Made by a program: the position numbers and the translations under genes. Shown here piece by piece: positions 43,630-54,269 of a DNA stretch of 64,000 nt; positions within the stretch are counted from its first letter, which is position 1; every line of letters begins with the position of its first letter. The notes beneath the pieces are model-generated. The model was given only the letters and a program-made list of their open reading frames with translations. It ran no database searches and was not told the DNA's origin. Origin of the DNA: an uncultured Nitrososphaeraceae archaeon (GTDB lineage: Archaea; Thermoproteota; Nitrososphaeria; Nitrososphaerales; Nitrososphaeraceae); assembly GCA_963837175.1 (NCBI GenBank), contig CAWIMJ010000057.1, positions 160,001 through 224,000 of the forward strand. The letters are read 5' to 3'.

Positions 43630-44291
43630 AAATATTTCTCGATACTGCTAATTTAGAAGATATTAAGACGTTTAATGATATGGGAGTCGTAGATGGGATT
43701 ACTACAAATCCTAGTCTTCTTTCAAAAGAAATAGGTAATCCATCCGAAATAATGCGCGATATCGTGAGAATCGTAAATGGACCGGTAAGCCTTGAGGTTG
43801 TTGCTACTCAATTCGGAGAAATGTTAGAGGAGGCTCATAGACTCAAGAAGTATGGTCAAAATGTAGTTGTTAAAATCCCGATGATTCCAGAAGGGATGAA
43901 AGCAGTTAAAAGGCTAAAAGAAGAAGGTATAGAAACAAACGTTACGCTCATATTTTCTGCTGCTCAAGCAATTATCGCAGCTAAGGCTGGGGCATCTTAT
44001 GTAAGCCCATTTATTGGAAGATTAGACGATGGTGGACAAGAGGGAATGACTCTAATAAGAGAAATTAGTCAAATATTCAAAAACTATCAGTTCGAATCTA
44101 AGGTTCTAGTGGCAAGTATCAGACATCCTCTACACGTTATCGAAGCAGGAAAGGTTGGCGCTCATATAGTCACCTTACCTCCAGATGTTCTAAGAAAAAT
44201 GATGACTCATCCTCTGACAGATAAGGGGCTCGCTGCATTTCTTAATGATTGGGAAAAGGTTAAGACCCAAAATCCCAATCTATTAATCTAG
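43626..44291 (+). CDS. tal: Transaldolase (short TalC/Fsa type)
   Basis: FLDTAN, GITTNPS, VVKIP, SPFIGRLDD. Confidence 0.94.
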   Translation: MKIFLDTANLEDIKTFNDMGVVDGITTNPSLLSKEIGNPSEIMRDIVRIVNGPVSLEVVATQFGEMLEEAHRLKKYGQNVVVKIPMIPEGMKAVKRLKEEGIETNVTLIFSAAQAIIAAKAGASYVSPFIGRLDDGGQEGMTLIREISQIFKNYQFESKVLVASIRHPLHVIEAGKVGAHIVTLPPDVLRKMMTHPLTDKGLAAFLNDWEKVKTQNPNLLI

Positions 44292-45877
44292 TTACGAAGT
44301 AAATTTATCACCTTTTTAGGTATGTCTTGCAACTTACTAACTGACAATGTCTTCTCATAATTCAAATAAACTAAATTCTGACCTATACTAACTGAGTCAC
44401 TCAGGTTTCTACCAACTCCTAGCGAGACCATATGTATTCCGATTTTTCGATATAATAAAACCATTTCACGAACGGCATCAAAGTCAGATGGCTCACCATC
44501 GGTTAGCGTAACCATGATGTCCGGCTTAAATGATTTTATAATAGGCTGTAACAACCCATAAATTTCAGCAAGTGGGGTTCCACCACTTGCCTTTATTTGC
44601 GCCAACCTGCGAGCGCTAACTACTGTCCATTTTAAATTAGCAGGTTTTATTACCCAGCATTTAACTCGTCTCTCATCAGTGCTAAAAGCAAAAACTGCAA
44701 ATTTTATACCAAGATAATGCAGTGCTTCGCATAATGCTATAGTAGCCCTCTTGTATTCCAATTCAACATCTTCTATACTACTAGAGTGATCCAATAGAAT
44801 TACAACTTTTGTTTTAATCGAGAGTTTGTAATCAGTCAAAAAAGTCTTGGGCAGGCTTTCAGTATAACTTTCAGGATCGAATTCCTCTCCTTTTTCCATA
44901 TGCTGTTCTATCCATCCCGTTTTCCAGTCTCTGAATGATGTCTTTACCTTTTGAATTAAATCCGTATCATATATGGAAGTTTCATCTACGTCTATTTTTT
45001 CAGGAATACTTAATCCAAAGTTTTCCAAACTTTCATAACCTTTGTTCTCAGTCTTTTGACTTTCTTTTAACAAAGTTTCAAATTCACTAAGAATTTCATT
45101 GCCTTCAACAATTTCTTTTAATGCGTTTTTATCATCTTTCGACTTATTTTTCCCCGATACAAGTTTTTGTAGCTGTTTTATCAGATCACTTTGACTCATT
45201 GCCATCCCAATTCTTGTTCTTGGAGCGAGAATCGGAATTGATGAAAGAGGATCTAGTTCCAGTATTTTAATTAATTGCGAAATATGTCGTTCTATCCATT
45301 CCGTATTATAATTATTGTCAATAGCTTCTGTTACTACATTGTTGGCAAAATCTGAAGCCTTCTTTACTCTTTCAAATTCACCACCGTACAACTCACCTTT
45401 CATATATCCTGTTAAAAAATATTGAGAGAATGCTTCTGCAGTCTTGTATCTTCCGTATATTGAATTTAAAAGTGGACGCGATATCCAAGAAATTCCTTCA
45501 TTGAATGTGATCTCGTTGTTCATTCCATTCCATTGACTTAATCCAAGCAACTCTATACGCTTAGTTTCAACTGTGTTGAGAAGAAATCCAAACGCATGAT
45601 CATAGCTTAGAACTTTGGTCGAGTGGAGCATTCGCATTGATTCATACCATAATGCAACACGCCATTGACGATATTTTTGAAAATCTGTACCTGGGTAGTA
45701 ATTTAAAAACGGAAGAACAATCTGATTCTTCTCTGGCCTTGCGATAGGGATTTTGTCTTGATTCAAAACTATGACAGCTTTGGAATTCTCAGACCACCTT
45801 CTAGCTAAAAAAGTACCAATGTCCAATAATACGTCATTTCGCATGATCATATTATTTGATAATGACGAAGACGACAT
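44288..45877 (-). CDS. vWA-domain protein, NorD/CbbO-like
   Basis: C-terminal MIDAS LLDHSSS, GGTPL, LTDGEP; directly downstream of the AAA+ gene. Confidence 0.85.
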   Translation of the reverse strand: MSSSSLSNNMIMRNDVLLDIGTFLARRWSENSKAVIVLNQDKIPIARPEKNQIVLPFLNYYPGTDFQKYRQWRVALWYESMRMLHSTKVLSYDHAFGFLLNTVETKRIELLGLSQWNGMNNEITFNEGISWISRPLLNSIYGRYKTAEAFSQYFLTGYMKGELYGGEFERVKKASDFANNVVTEAIDNNYNTEWIERHISQLIKILELDPLSSIPILAPRTRIGMAMSQSDLIKQLQKLVSGKNKSKDDKNALKEIVEGNEILSEFETLLKESQKTENKGYESLENFGLSIPEKIDVDETSIYDTDLIQKVKTSFRDWKTGWIEQHMEKGEEFDPESYTESLPKTFLTDYKLSIKTKVVILLDHSSSIEDVELEYKRATIALCEALHYLGIKFAVFAFSTDERRVKCWVIKPANLKWTVVSARRLAQIKASGGTPLAEIYGLLQPIIKSFKPDIMVTLTDGEPSDFDAVREMVLLYRKIGIHMVSLGVGRNLSDSVSIGQNLVYLNYEKTLSVSKLQDIPKKVINLLRN

Positions 45878-45880
45878 ACT

Positions 45881-46684
45881 CTAGTTAGCAAAGATTGATG
45901 TTACCATATCCATAACCTTTCGATATTCGACTTCTCCCCACTGATCATATACGTTGGCAAAAACGATTTCTGCAACCTTTTTTGGAGAGAGATTTGTATT
46001 AAGAAGTTTTGCAAAAGCAATTGTCTCTCTTAAACTGGGACTATAGTATAGCTCTTCCATAGCAGCTGCTTCTCGTAAACTTTTGGCCAGTTTAATTGCA
46101 CCTTTGACATCAATTGTCTTCGAATTATCAAGTGTAGTATGTTGTTTTATGATCTCCAATTCTACATCTTCAGGAGGATAATCTAACCTCAACCTTACTG
46201 GAAACCTACTTAGAAGCTGAGGTGGTAATTCTTTTGTTCCGACATGTGAAAGAGGATTAATTGTTGCAATTACAAACCAACTATTAGACGCATTGATTAT
46301 TTGTCCTTCTGCCTCTTTTAGTACGAGTTGCTTTCTGTCATCAAGGGCCTCATCAAGTCTCAATAATACATCTGGTTCTGCAGCATTTAGCTCATCAAGA
46401 TATAGGAGACTTCCGTCTCGCATAGATTTTACAAGTATACCCTCTACAAAACTGATATCTCCTTTGTCGAGGGTTTTACTCCCAATAAGATGAGACTCTC
46501 TTGTACGCAGGCTGAAGTTAACCGAGTATAACTCTTTATTCATCATCGAGGCAAATTTCCGAACAAGTGTTGTTTTGCCAGTTCCTTTTGGACCAATAAT
46601 TAATGCGAACAGTCCTGTTTCACGAGCCTTATTCAGTATTTCAATCGCATTATTCCAATCAAGATAATTTATTTCAATCATCAT
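45881..46684 (-). CDS. MoxR AAA+ ATPase, CbbQ/NirQ/NorQ/GpvN type
   Basis: GPKGTGKT, LYLDELN, ATINP, SRF, SPSLRE. Confidence 0.9.
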   Translation of the reverse strand: MMIEINYLDWNNAIEILNKARETGLFALIIGPKGTGKTTLVRKFASMMNKELYSVNFSLRTRESHLIGSKTLDKGDISFVEGILVKSMRDGSLLYLDELNAAEPDVLLRLDEALDDRKQLVLKEAEGQIINASNSWFVIATINPLSHVGTKELPPQLLSRFPVRLRLDYPPEDVELEIIKQHTTLDNSKTIDVKGAIKLAKSLREAAAMEELYYSPSLRETIAFAKLLNTNLSPKKVAEIVFANVYDQWGEVEYRKVMDMVTSIFAN

Positions 46685-46778
46685 ACTGCCAAATCGCCTT
46701 TAGATAATTTCCATTATCTTAATACATAAAAACTATAGCTATTACCAAATGTTCAGCAAAATAGGTTTATTGTAGATC

Positions 46779-48182
46779 TTATCTACGTCCATGAATAGTC
46801 GATTTTTTGTTACTTAAATAGTCATTAAGAAGAACTTTGTCGATTACCGAAGGATTAATATAATAGGATCTTCCTTTAACATATTTTTCCATCTCATTAA
46901 CGTACCCTAGCAAAGAGTCTTCTTCACTTACCATAATAGTATCAATTTCTATCCCCAAACTATGGCATTTTTTTGCTTCGACTATTGTTCGTTCCCCTAT
47001 ATACTGATCGACCTGTCTGTAGCGATAACAAAGATATACAAGCTCTCCTGAGGACACATCTAGGCTTAGATCTTGATTATCTTTCACTGAATCAACAGTT
47101 TCTTTATCTGGTGAATAAAAATGAGAATATGGTCGTTGCGACATTATCTTATCCTGTTCTTTTTTATCCTCAATAAAGCATGCACTAGGATGACCGTCAG
47201 TTATCAAAACTATTCGCTTATTCGAAGCACTATCTTTTTGCAATATTTTTTTTGCTAATCTAAAAGCTGCCTGATAATTTGTATAATGGAGAAAGTCAGA
47301 ACCAGGCTCAAACGTTTGTAGATATGGAATATCTTGTGAAGCAACCCTTGAGGCCAGCGCGCCGAATCCAACTATATATACAGAATCCGAGGGAAAAAAT
47401 TTTCTATTTAGAAGAAAAAGAGTCCAGAGCGCCTTTTTAGCAGCCTCAATTCTACTCATATCTCCAAACATAGAAGAGTATCTCATTGTGGAGCTTAGAT
47501 CAATACAATACACCAATGCGATTCGCACATCTTGCATTGTTTCGTACTCTTCGAGGTCTTCTAACTTTAAATCCAGAGGAATTTTGATTTGAGCAGATGT
47601 TTTGGCCATCCGTTGCACCGTATTCAACAACGATCGGGGAACATTGAGAAGCCTAATATCATTGCCAAGCTCGTATTTTCGCGTAGTATCTTTAAGGAGA
47701 GATCCGGTTCCCTGACTAGAAGTCTCATGTAATCCAAAATCACCTGTCTTCAGAGCCTTCATAACGTCATTTAGAATTTTACCGCCAATGCTTATGAAGC
47801 CTTTTGAGCTAAGCCATTTCTGAGAATCTCTAAGATATCCTCTTTCTATTAGTTGAGTCACAATCGGCATTCCGAAGCCCTTGCGATCTTCATGATCTAT
47901 TTCCCTGGTTTCTCTCTTTTTAACTGGCCGTTGCTTACTGTTAGAATGTTCAGCTTCCTTCGAGATAACCTCTTCCAAGATTTGTTCTAGTTGTTGCAAA
48001 TTAGGAGTCCTTTCCCTGAGCGCTTCTCTACCAATGGCTTGAAATAGCTTTTCGAGTATTTCATTAGAGATATTTTGAGAATTCTGATCTTCACTTGTTC
48101 TATACTTCTGATCTTCAGTCTCTTCAGCAGGAAAATAAACAAATTCTTTTGTTCCTCTTCTACTGTTATTATATTGGTACAT
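46779..48182 (-). CDS. vWA-domain protein (Rv0959-like)
   Basis: CIDLSSTM variant MIDAS, YTNY, LITDGHP. Confidence 0.82.
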   Translation of the reverse strand: MYQYNNSRRGTKEFVYFPAEETEDQKYRTSEDQNSQNISNEILEKLFQAIGREALRERTPNLQQLEQILEEVISKEAEHSNSKQRPVKKRETREIDHEDRKGFGMPIVTQLIERGYLRDSQKWLSSKGFISIGGKILNDVMKALKTGDFGLHETSSQGTGSLLKDTTRKYELGNDIRLLNVPRSLLNTVQRMAKTSAQIKIPLDLKLEDLEEYETMQDVRIALVYCIDLSSTMRYSSMFGDMSRIEAAKKALWTLFLLNRKFFPSDSVYIVGFGALASRVASQDIPYLQTFEPGSDFLHYTNYQAAFRLAKKILQKDSASNKRIVLITDGHPSACFIEDKKEQDKIMSQRPYSHFYSPDKETVDSVKDNQDLSLDVSSGELVYLCYRYRQVDQYIGERTIVEAKKCHSLGIEIDTIMVSEEDSLLGYVNEMEKYVKGRSYYINPSVIDKVLLNDYLSNKKSTIHGRR

Positions 48183-49821
48183 AGCGATTATCCTTTTTAT
48201 TTACCAGAGGAGGCTGAATCCATCTAAAGCCCTCAAGGATTACCTCAGTAATCGAGGCTGTGAACTCGCCATCTAAGTCGTGCATATTGGTCAAGCTGTC
48301 AACGTTTATCCCGAGATCTTTTGCTTTATTCACAAACTCTTCTTGTTGTTCTTTCACAGTATCAATTTTATCGTTTATAATCTGTTTTAAGCTGGGAAAT
48401 TTTGATAGTTGAGATTCATAATCTGTGGAAACAGATCCCTTTGCTCCCAGAATTACCTGAGAGACTAAAAACTCCTTATTCTTCGCAAACTCATTTTTTA
48501 ATTTTGTTATTTGTTCTGGGGATAAATTTTGTACATATTCAAGACAAACGTCTTTAATAGCACTTTCAATGATTGAATTCAGTATTTGCATTCTATTGTG
48601 ATGATTATCTTCCATCTCAGATAATTCAAATTTAGCTGATTGATGTATACTATGAATATCACAAAACCTTGGTATGGCTTTTACATAATGCAATATCGCT
48701 CTAGTTCGTTCGGCTTCACCAATCATGGCTTCCATAGAATGGACTGCCATTCGGACGCTTACGCCTTTATCATGATTGATGTCATGATGAGATCTAGCTA
48801 ATTGTGTTATTTTACTAATCGTCCGTAGTATAAATATTGGAAGAAATACGTTTTTATTATCTGCGATTCTTACTTCCTGAGCTATAATAAGCATCTCGTC
48901 GGTAATGCTATTTGGATAATGTGTATATATATGACTTCTAAGCCTATCAAACAAAGGTTCTATGATCTTTCCTGAATGAGTATAATCTATCGGATTTGCA
49001 GTAGCAATTATTCTGGCATCAGGCCTGAATATGACGGTATATGATCCCGTTGTAAATTTGCCCTCTTGTAGAACGCTCAGTAATGCTACTTGTTTTCGGG
49101 GATCAAGTACAGGAAGCTCATCAATACATAGAATGCCATGACGTGCCTGCAGTAGTTGACCTGGAGAATATGATTCAATATCATACAATTCAACTCCTTT
49201 CTTAGCAATTTTGATTGCATCGATCTGTCCTACTAGGTCTTTTACAGAAATATCAGGAGTAGCCAAGACGTATCTAAATCTATCACTCCCTTCGATCCAA
49301 TCTATTTTCGTATCTAATTTGTTATTGCTAATGATATTCTCGCACTCTTTAGAGACATTAAATTCAGGAGACGAACGAGCGATTTCAGAGTCACTAAGTA
49401 ATGCGGTAAGCTGAGCTTCTGGTATAGAAGTAGGTATATCATTTGTAATTGTTCCACGGACGACCGGGATTGGCGAAAGTAGATTCTTGGCAATTGATTC
49501 GGCGATCTTAGTCTTTGCTTGTCCTATCTGTCCAACAAAGAGCATATCATGTCCCGATAAAATCGACCTATTAACTGCTGGAATAACATCTTCTTCGTAA
49601 CCAATAATGCCAGAATAAGGATGTTCTCCTTTTCTCAACCTTGTGATAAGATTACCACGCATCTGTTGTTCAACTGAACTATGTTTATAATTGATCTTTA
49701 GTAGATCCTCTAAAGTCTTCATTTCTTTATAGTCCTCAGGAAATCCTGGCATTAATTCAGTATATTTTGGCTTAGATGTATACGAATGATGTACAATATC
49801 TTCTATATTTTTAGAATTCAT
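48169..49821 (-). CDS. Mg-chelatase-like AAA+ ATPase (Rv0958-like)
   Basis: IIGYEEDVIP, GQIGQAKT, ATPDISVKDLVG, IDELP, TANP, GVSVR. Confidence 0.85.
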   Translation of the reverse strand: MNSKNIEDIVHHSYTSKPKYTELMPGFPEDYKEMKTLEDLLKINYKHSSVEQQMRGNLITRLRKGEHPYSGIIGYEEDVIPAVNRSILSGHDMLFVGQIGQAKTKIAESIAKNLLSPIPVVRGTITNDIPTSIPEAQLTALLSDSEIARSSPEFNVSKECENIISNNKLDTKIDWIEGSDRFRYVLATPDISVKDLVGQIDAIKIAKKGVELYDIESYSPGQLLQARHGILCIDELPVLDPRKQVALLSVLQEGKFTTGSYTVIFRPDARIIATANPIDYTHSGKIIEPLFDRLRSHIYTHYPNSITDEMLIIAQEVRIADNKNVFLPIFILRTISKITQLARSHHDINHDKGVSVRMAVHSMEAMIGEAERTRAILHYVKAIPRFCDIHSIHQSAKFELSEMEDNHHNRMQILNSIIESAIKDVCLEYVQNLSPEQITKLKNEFAKNKEFLVSQVILGAKGSVSTDYESQLSKFPSLKQIINDKIDTVKEQQEEFVNKAKDLGINVDSLTNMHDLDGEFTASITEVILEGFRWIQPPLVNKKDNRYVPI

Positions 49822-50189
49822 GAATTATTAAGTTCGCTCGCGTGACAAATTTAAACATTCTCAATTGGCGTTGAAGTAGTGTACAACTTTATTATTCGTA
49901 GATAACAAAACTTATCTATCGCTAACAAGTTCTCTTCACTAATTATAACACAACTAAAAATTCTTATGAGGACCTAAATTATATCTCAATTTTTAAATAA
50001 AAGCTTTAAATAAATATAGTTAGTTGAATGCGCCTATGGTCATCTCGTAATATTATATGTAATACTATATTTTTTATGGCCCCGTTAAGTTAAGAAGTAA
50101 GTAATGCTGCAGCAGCAGAGCAAGAGCAGATAATTCGATCATTCTTTGCAAAGACCATAAATGAAACATATAGCAAACACTATAGAAAT

Positions 50190-50495
50190 TTGACAGCCTT
50201 TGAACAACAAAAAGAAGACCAGACCTTAAACAACAAGAAACTTGAACATAGACTTCTTTTTTGCTGTGACAAAGAATTAATTCCATTTCTAAGGAAGAAA
50301 GATGGCAATATACTTATCATGCATAACATAGTAAAAGATATGAAAGACCAAAGGATTCACAGTGCAGCTACTTTGACAGAAATTGCAAGGATACTGCAAT
50401 GCGAAGTTAAACCCGCTAAAGTAGGTGATAAAACATATAGACTAATAGCAATACCAATTCAAAATTTCATAGACTTTGTTCTACCTATGCTATAA
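50190..50495 (+). pseudogene. Probable C-terminal fragment of an unknown gene
   Basis: 101-codon protein-like ORF with only a weak TTG start. Confidence 0.35.
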
Positions 50496-50600
50496 TAACT
50501 TATACTCTAGATTCTTACTAGCACAGTTACATCTTTTCAAAAATGGTTCCTTATTCTGCTACTCGAGTATAGTTTTTATTGCCGAATCTTGTTTATTTTT

Positions 50601-51194
50601 TTGAATTGTCAGGCAGCAGAGTATAAACATATCCTTAGGATTGCAGGGAAGGATATCGAGGGTAGCAAAAAAGTTATTGTTGCTCTCAGTAAAGTTAAGG
50701 GTATCGGTTATAATTTTGCTCATGTTTTACTTCAGTCATTGAATATTAACATGAATAGCAGAGTGGGTTTTCTAACAGATGGAGAATTAGCTGATATTGA
50801 AGCGGCTATAAGAGATCCTTCAAAATCGAGAATACCAGAATGGTATTTGAATAGGAGAAAAGACATGGATACAGGTTCGCATAGACACTTGATTACATCG
50901 GATCTTGATTTTATGATTTCTAATGATATTGAGCGCGAGAAGGCTATTATGAGTTGGCGAGGATATAGACATATGTTTGGTCTAAGAGTTAGAGGGCAGT
51001 GTACTAGAACTACCGGAAGAAAAGGGGGCGCAGTGGGAGTAAAGAAAATTGGCAAACCTATGCCTTCAGCGGTTTCGAGCACTCCTAGCAAAGGTACTGA
51101 TTCAGGAGCCGCGACTGTAACGGGCGAAGTTCCTAGTCCCACCAAATCTGCAGCAGGACCGGAGAATGCAACTACAACACCTCCTAAGAAATGA
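50601..51194 (+). CDS. rps13: 30S ribosomal protein S13 with low-complexity C-terminal tail (start ambiguous: TTG 50601, or TTG 50606 with a +1 frameshift)
   Basis: HILRIAGKDI, WYLNRRKD, WRGYRHMFGLRVRGQCTRTTGR. Confidence 0.96.
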   Translation: MNCQAAEYKHILRIAGKDIEGSKKVIVALSKVKGIGYNFAHVLLQSLNINMNSRVGFLTDGELADIEAAIRDPSKSRIPEWYLNRRKDMDTGSHRHLITSDLDFMISNDIEREKAIMSWRGYRHMFGLRVRGQCTRTTGRKGGAVGVKKIGKPMPSAVSSTPSKGTDSGAATVTGEVPSPTKSAAGPENATTTPPKK

Positions 51195-51206
51195 GGTAGA
51201 TGAGAA

Positions 51207-51704
51207 ATGGGAGATCCTCGTAAACCTAAAAAGAAGTTTCACAGACCGAGAAAGATTTGGACTACTGATCAACTTAGTTCCGAACTTTACATAGTGGGTT
51301 CCTACGGCTTACGCAATAAGCGGGAGTTGTGGCGGGCACAGACTGAAGTTGCGAGACTCAGAAATCAAGCTCGTGCATTACTTGCTCTTCCCGCAGAGGT
51401 ACGACAGGAAAAAGAGTCACAGTTGTTAAATTTCCTAAATAGGCAGGGACTTGTTAACGAGTCGGCTAGTCTTGATGATGTTTTGAACCTGAAGGTTGAA
51501 GATCTCCTCGATAGAAGACTTCAAACAATCGTTATGAAAAAGAATGGATCTAAATCGCCACATCAAGCACGGCAAATGGTTGTACACAAACATGTATCTA
51601 TTGGCGACAGGTTTGTCAACATACCCGGTTATCTCGTAAGAAAAGAAGAAGAATCTCGGATCTTGTTGCATCTGGAAGTTGGCACTCCTTCACAACCACA
51701 TTGA
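51207..51704 (+). CDS. rps4: 30S ribosomal protein S4
   Basis: MGDP, YGLRNKRELW, LLDRRLQT, QARQMV; GAGGT SD upstream. Confidence 0.96.
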   Translation: MGDPRKPKKKFHRPRKIWTTDQLSSELYIVGSYGLRNKRELWRAQTEVARLRNQARALLALPAEVRQEKESQLLNFLNRQGLVNESASLDDVLNLKVEDLLDRRLQTIVMKKNGSKSPHQARQMVVHKHVSIGDRFVNIPGYLVRKEEESRILLHLEVGTPSQPH

Positions 51705-52139
51705 CGCAGATCGGTTACTATATCTAGTACTTTCTGAAAGTGAATCGAAGTTTGGGATACGATCGCTCTATGCTAACAGCAGAAGCGATATTACCAATAT
51801 TTTCTTGATTGTAAAAGGTACGTCATGATAAAAGTCTTCATTTGTTTTCACTAACTCTCTTCTCTGTGGGTAGATTATTGTACAGATTATGGTTATATTT
51901 GTTTGAGTTACAACTGTAATGGTATTAGGGCAATAATGAACAGCTATCACTTACAGAATATATTACGTATAGATGTCATTATCTGAATTTAATATATTCC
52001 ATTAAAGCACTCTCTAATTTAGATGAAGTAGTAAATCAAAGGAGTTGGATATGTCCGTTAAAGATGATTGGAGATCATGTGTGCATATTAGTAATAAAAG
52101 AATATTGAAAGTGTAATACTCTGTTTATAACCCCTCACA

Positions 52140-52337
52140 CGGATCAGCCGGCTTATAATCAGAAAATAATCTCAAATAATATCCTCCTCAAGCATGAAAG
52201 CTTCTCGCTATTATAGATTATTCTGATATTTTGCTTTCCTCCTATGAGGAAAGCATGATTGAAAGAACAACGCAATACATCAAATGGATAGAACCGAAAG
52301 TTTTAGATGACTATTTTCCTTTAAGAAAAGTGTAAAA
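52140..52337 (+). mobile_element. Degenerate IS6 transposase remnant
   Basis: CCTCAAGCATG and CCTATGAGGAAAGCATGATTGAAAGAACAACGCAATACATCAAA...GATGACTATTTTCC align by eye to 29102-29223 of the intact IS. Confidence 0.8.
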
Positions 52338-53073
52338 TACTGCTTTGTTGCGCAAATCCGATATTACTCAACCGTATTGAAAATTCTGACCAAAAGTGAG
52401 TACGTCAAATCTTATTTATACAGAGTAAAGCTGGAAACACTTACAATAGCGACTTTTCTGAATCATGCTACAAAGCATAATTCTCTTTAAATTCAAAAGA
52501 AGTGACATATAAAAAGTATATTTTTATTTATGGAGTAAAGTTGCGACCTTTCATCGCTTTCATTTGGAAAACGTAACCACGGAAGTATATTTGTGTCTTG
52601 TTTATACTCAAGTGAAATCATCAATAAAAAACGGAGAATATGAAGTATGAAATGAATAATAAAATAATATATGGTTATGAAATATAGTGGAATATCAATA
52701 ACCAAAAGAAGTGACTCTAATCTTAAGTCATCATACTCACCGTATTTCATTAATTAGAAGGAAAACATTTTGCTAGGAGAAATTTCTTTGAAGCATAGCT
52801 AAAATATATGGGAAATAATAATACAAGATTTTACAAATACACACAAATGCACATAATTTCACTTAAAAAACAAAGAATACACATAGAGCGAGATAGATGG
52901 TGTAGTAGCTTTGCTATGCGTAAATTCTACTGAATACAAAATATCATTTACATTTACCCTATGGTTTGAATGCGAAAACTCGGAACAGCATCATGCAGAT
53001 AATATTGGAGTGGTGATAAAATTTAGCAAAATTAAAGCGAGTTATTTAGAAATGCCCCATAAGAGAGCTATAA

Positions 53074-53163
53074 ATGTTTACAAATCATTTGTAAACATGC
53101 TTAATTAGGCTATTTTAGTCATCGCAATATCAAGTTATGGTACATAGTTTACCAACTATGTAC
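53074..53163. repeat. Two perfect inverted repeats: ATGTTTACAAAT-C-ATTTGTAAACAT (53074-53098) and GTACATAGTT-TACC-AACTATGTAC (53140-53163)
   Basis: Seen directly. Confidence 0.8.
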
Positions 53164-53930
53164 GTCAGAACATGTTACCAATGATATGAACCAGTTTCAA
53201 AAATATTACAATTCAAAGTGACATATCGATATTGTTTAATACGTTTTAGAACATTAAGGGATTTTTTTATAAAAAGATTTCAATAGTAGTAGATGACACA
53301 ACTACAAGAATATGACAAAAAAGAATGAGATGTGTGTGTTCTAGATAATAATGACATACAGTGAATTACTTACCTAAACAGGACACATATATTTATCTAA
53401 CGTTGTCTAATTATATATATAAGGTATATATAGATATACAACAATGAAATTGAAAAAAACAATAGCAATTTGAATAATAAAAACGTATCATTAAATCAAT
53501 CAACAGCAACTCATTGATTTCCTAAAGCTGAGGCTAGCCAATGGTGATATAACCAATGAACAATTTCGCAAATTAGTGTAATTTCCTTAAATCTAGCGAT
53601 AGAGCATGGCTACGATCGAAATGCCAAGTGAGGGTTGAGTAGTAGTAGATTGCAACAATATAAAAAAAGTAATATGATAATTTTCACTTTAAGCTACGAA
53701 CATTTATATCAGTTCTACCAGTATTAGAAATTAAAGTCCAAGGTTAATATCAATTGATAAACAACAAAACATATTAGAAATTGGTTTAATTTTTTGTTGG
53801 CTATCATAAGAAGGAAGTGATGGCTTAAGTAACCAGTGCGCTTGACACCTAGTTTTTCTTCATATATTTATACTATTCATAGAATGTAGAATGTATCTCT
53901 ACATAGTAGTATCTTTTTAATTTAATATTG

Positions 53931-54175
53931 AATGAAACCATAAGTAAACATGGTACTGAATTAGTGGGACTATGGATTGAAATTAAACATAAAATTAAGA
54001 ATCGGTCATCTCTATATTCATCATGTGAAAAAAGCATTATTGATTAACAATGCAATATGACAGAAATCAGAATATTTTGACAATGATTATCTATCATATG
54101 CGCAAAACAAACCTTTGACTAGAACATATGAAAAATTGGTTGAGATCATTTTTATAGAAATCTACATATAATAAA
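53931..54175 (+). mobile_element. Second degenerate, internally deleted IS6 transposase remnant
   Basis: Fragments NETISKHGTELVGLWIEI, YSSCEKSII and LEHMKNWL parallel DETLVKAGNEYVWLWIAI, YSSYEKSII and LKHIMNWF of the intact transposase. Confidence 0.65.
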
Positions 54176-54269
54176 CATATGAAATAATTATTATAAAAGT
54201 TTCTTAAAAGAAAACAGACAGATATGACAACACAAAAAATTAAATTGTTAAATCTATATTTGAATAGTA

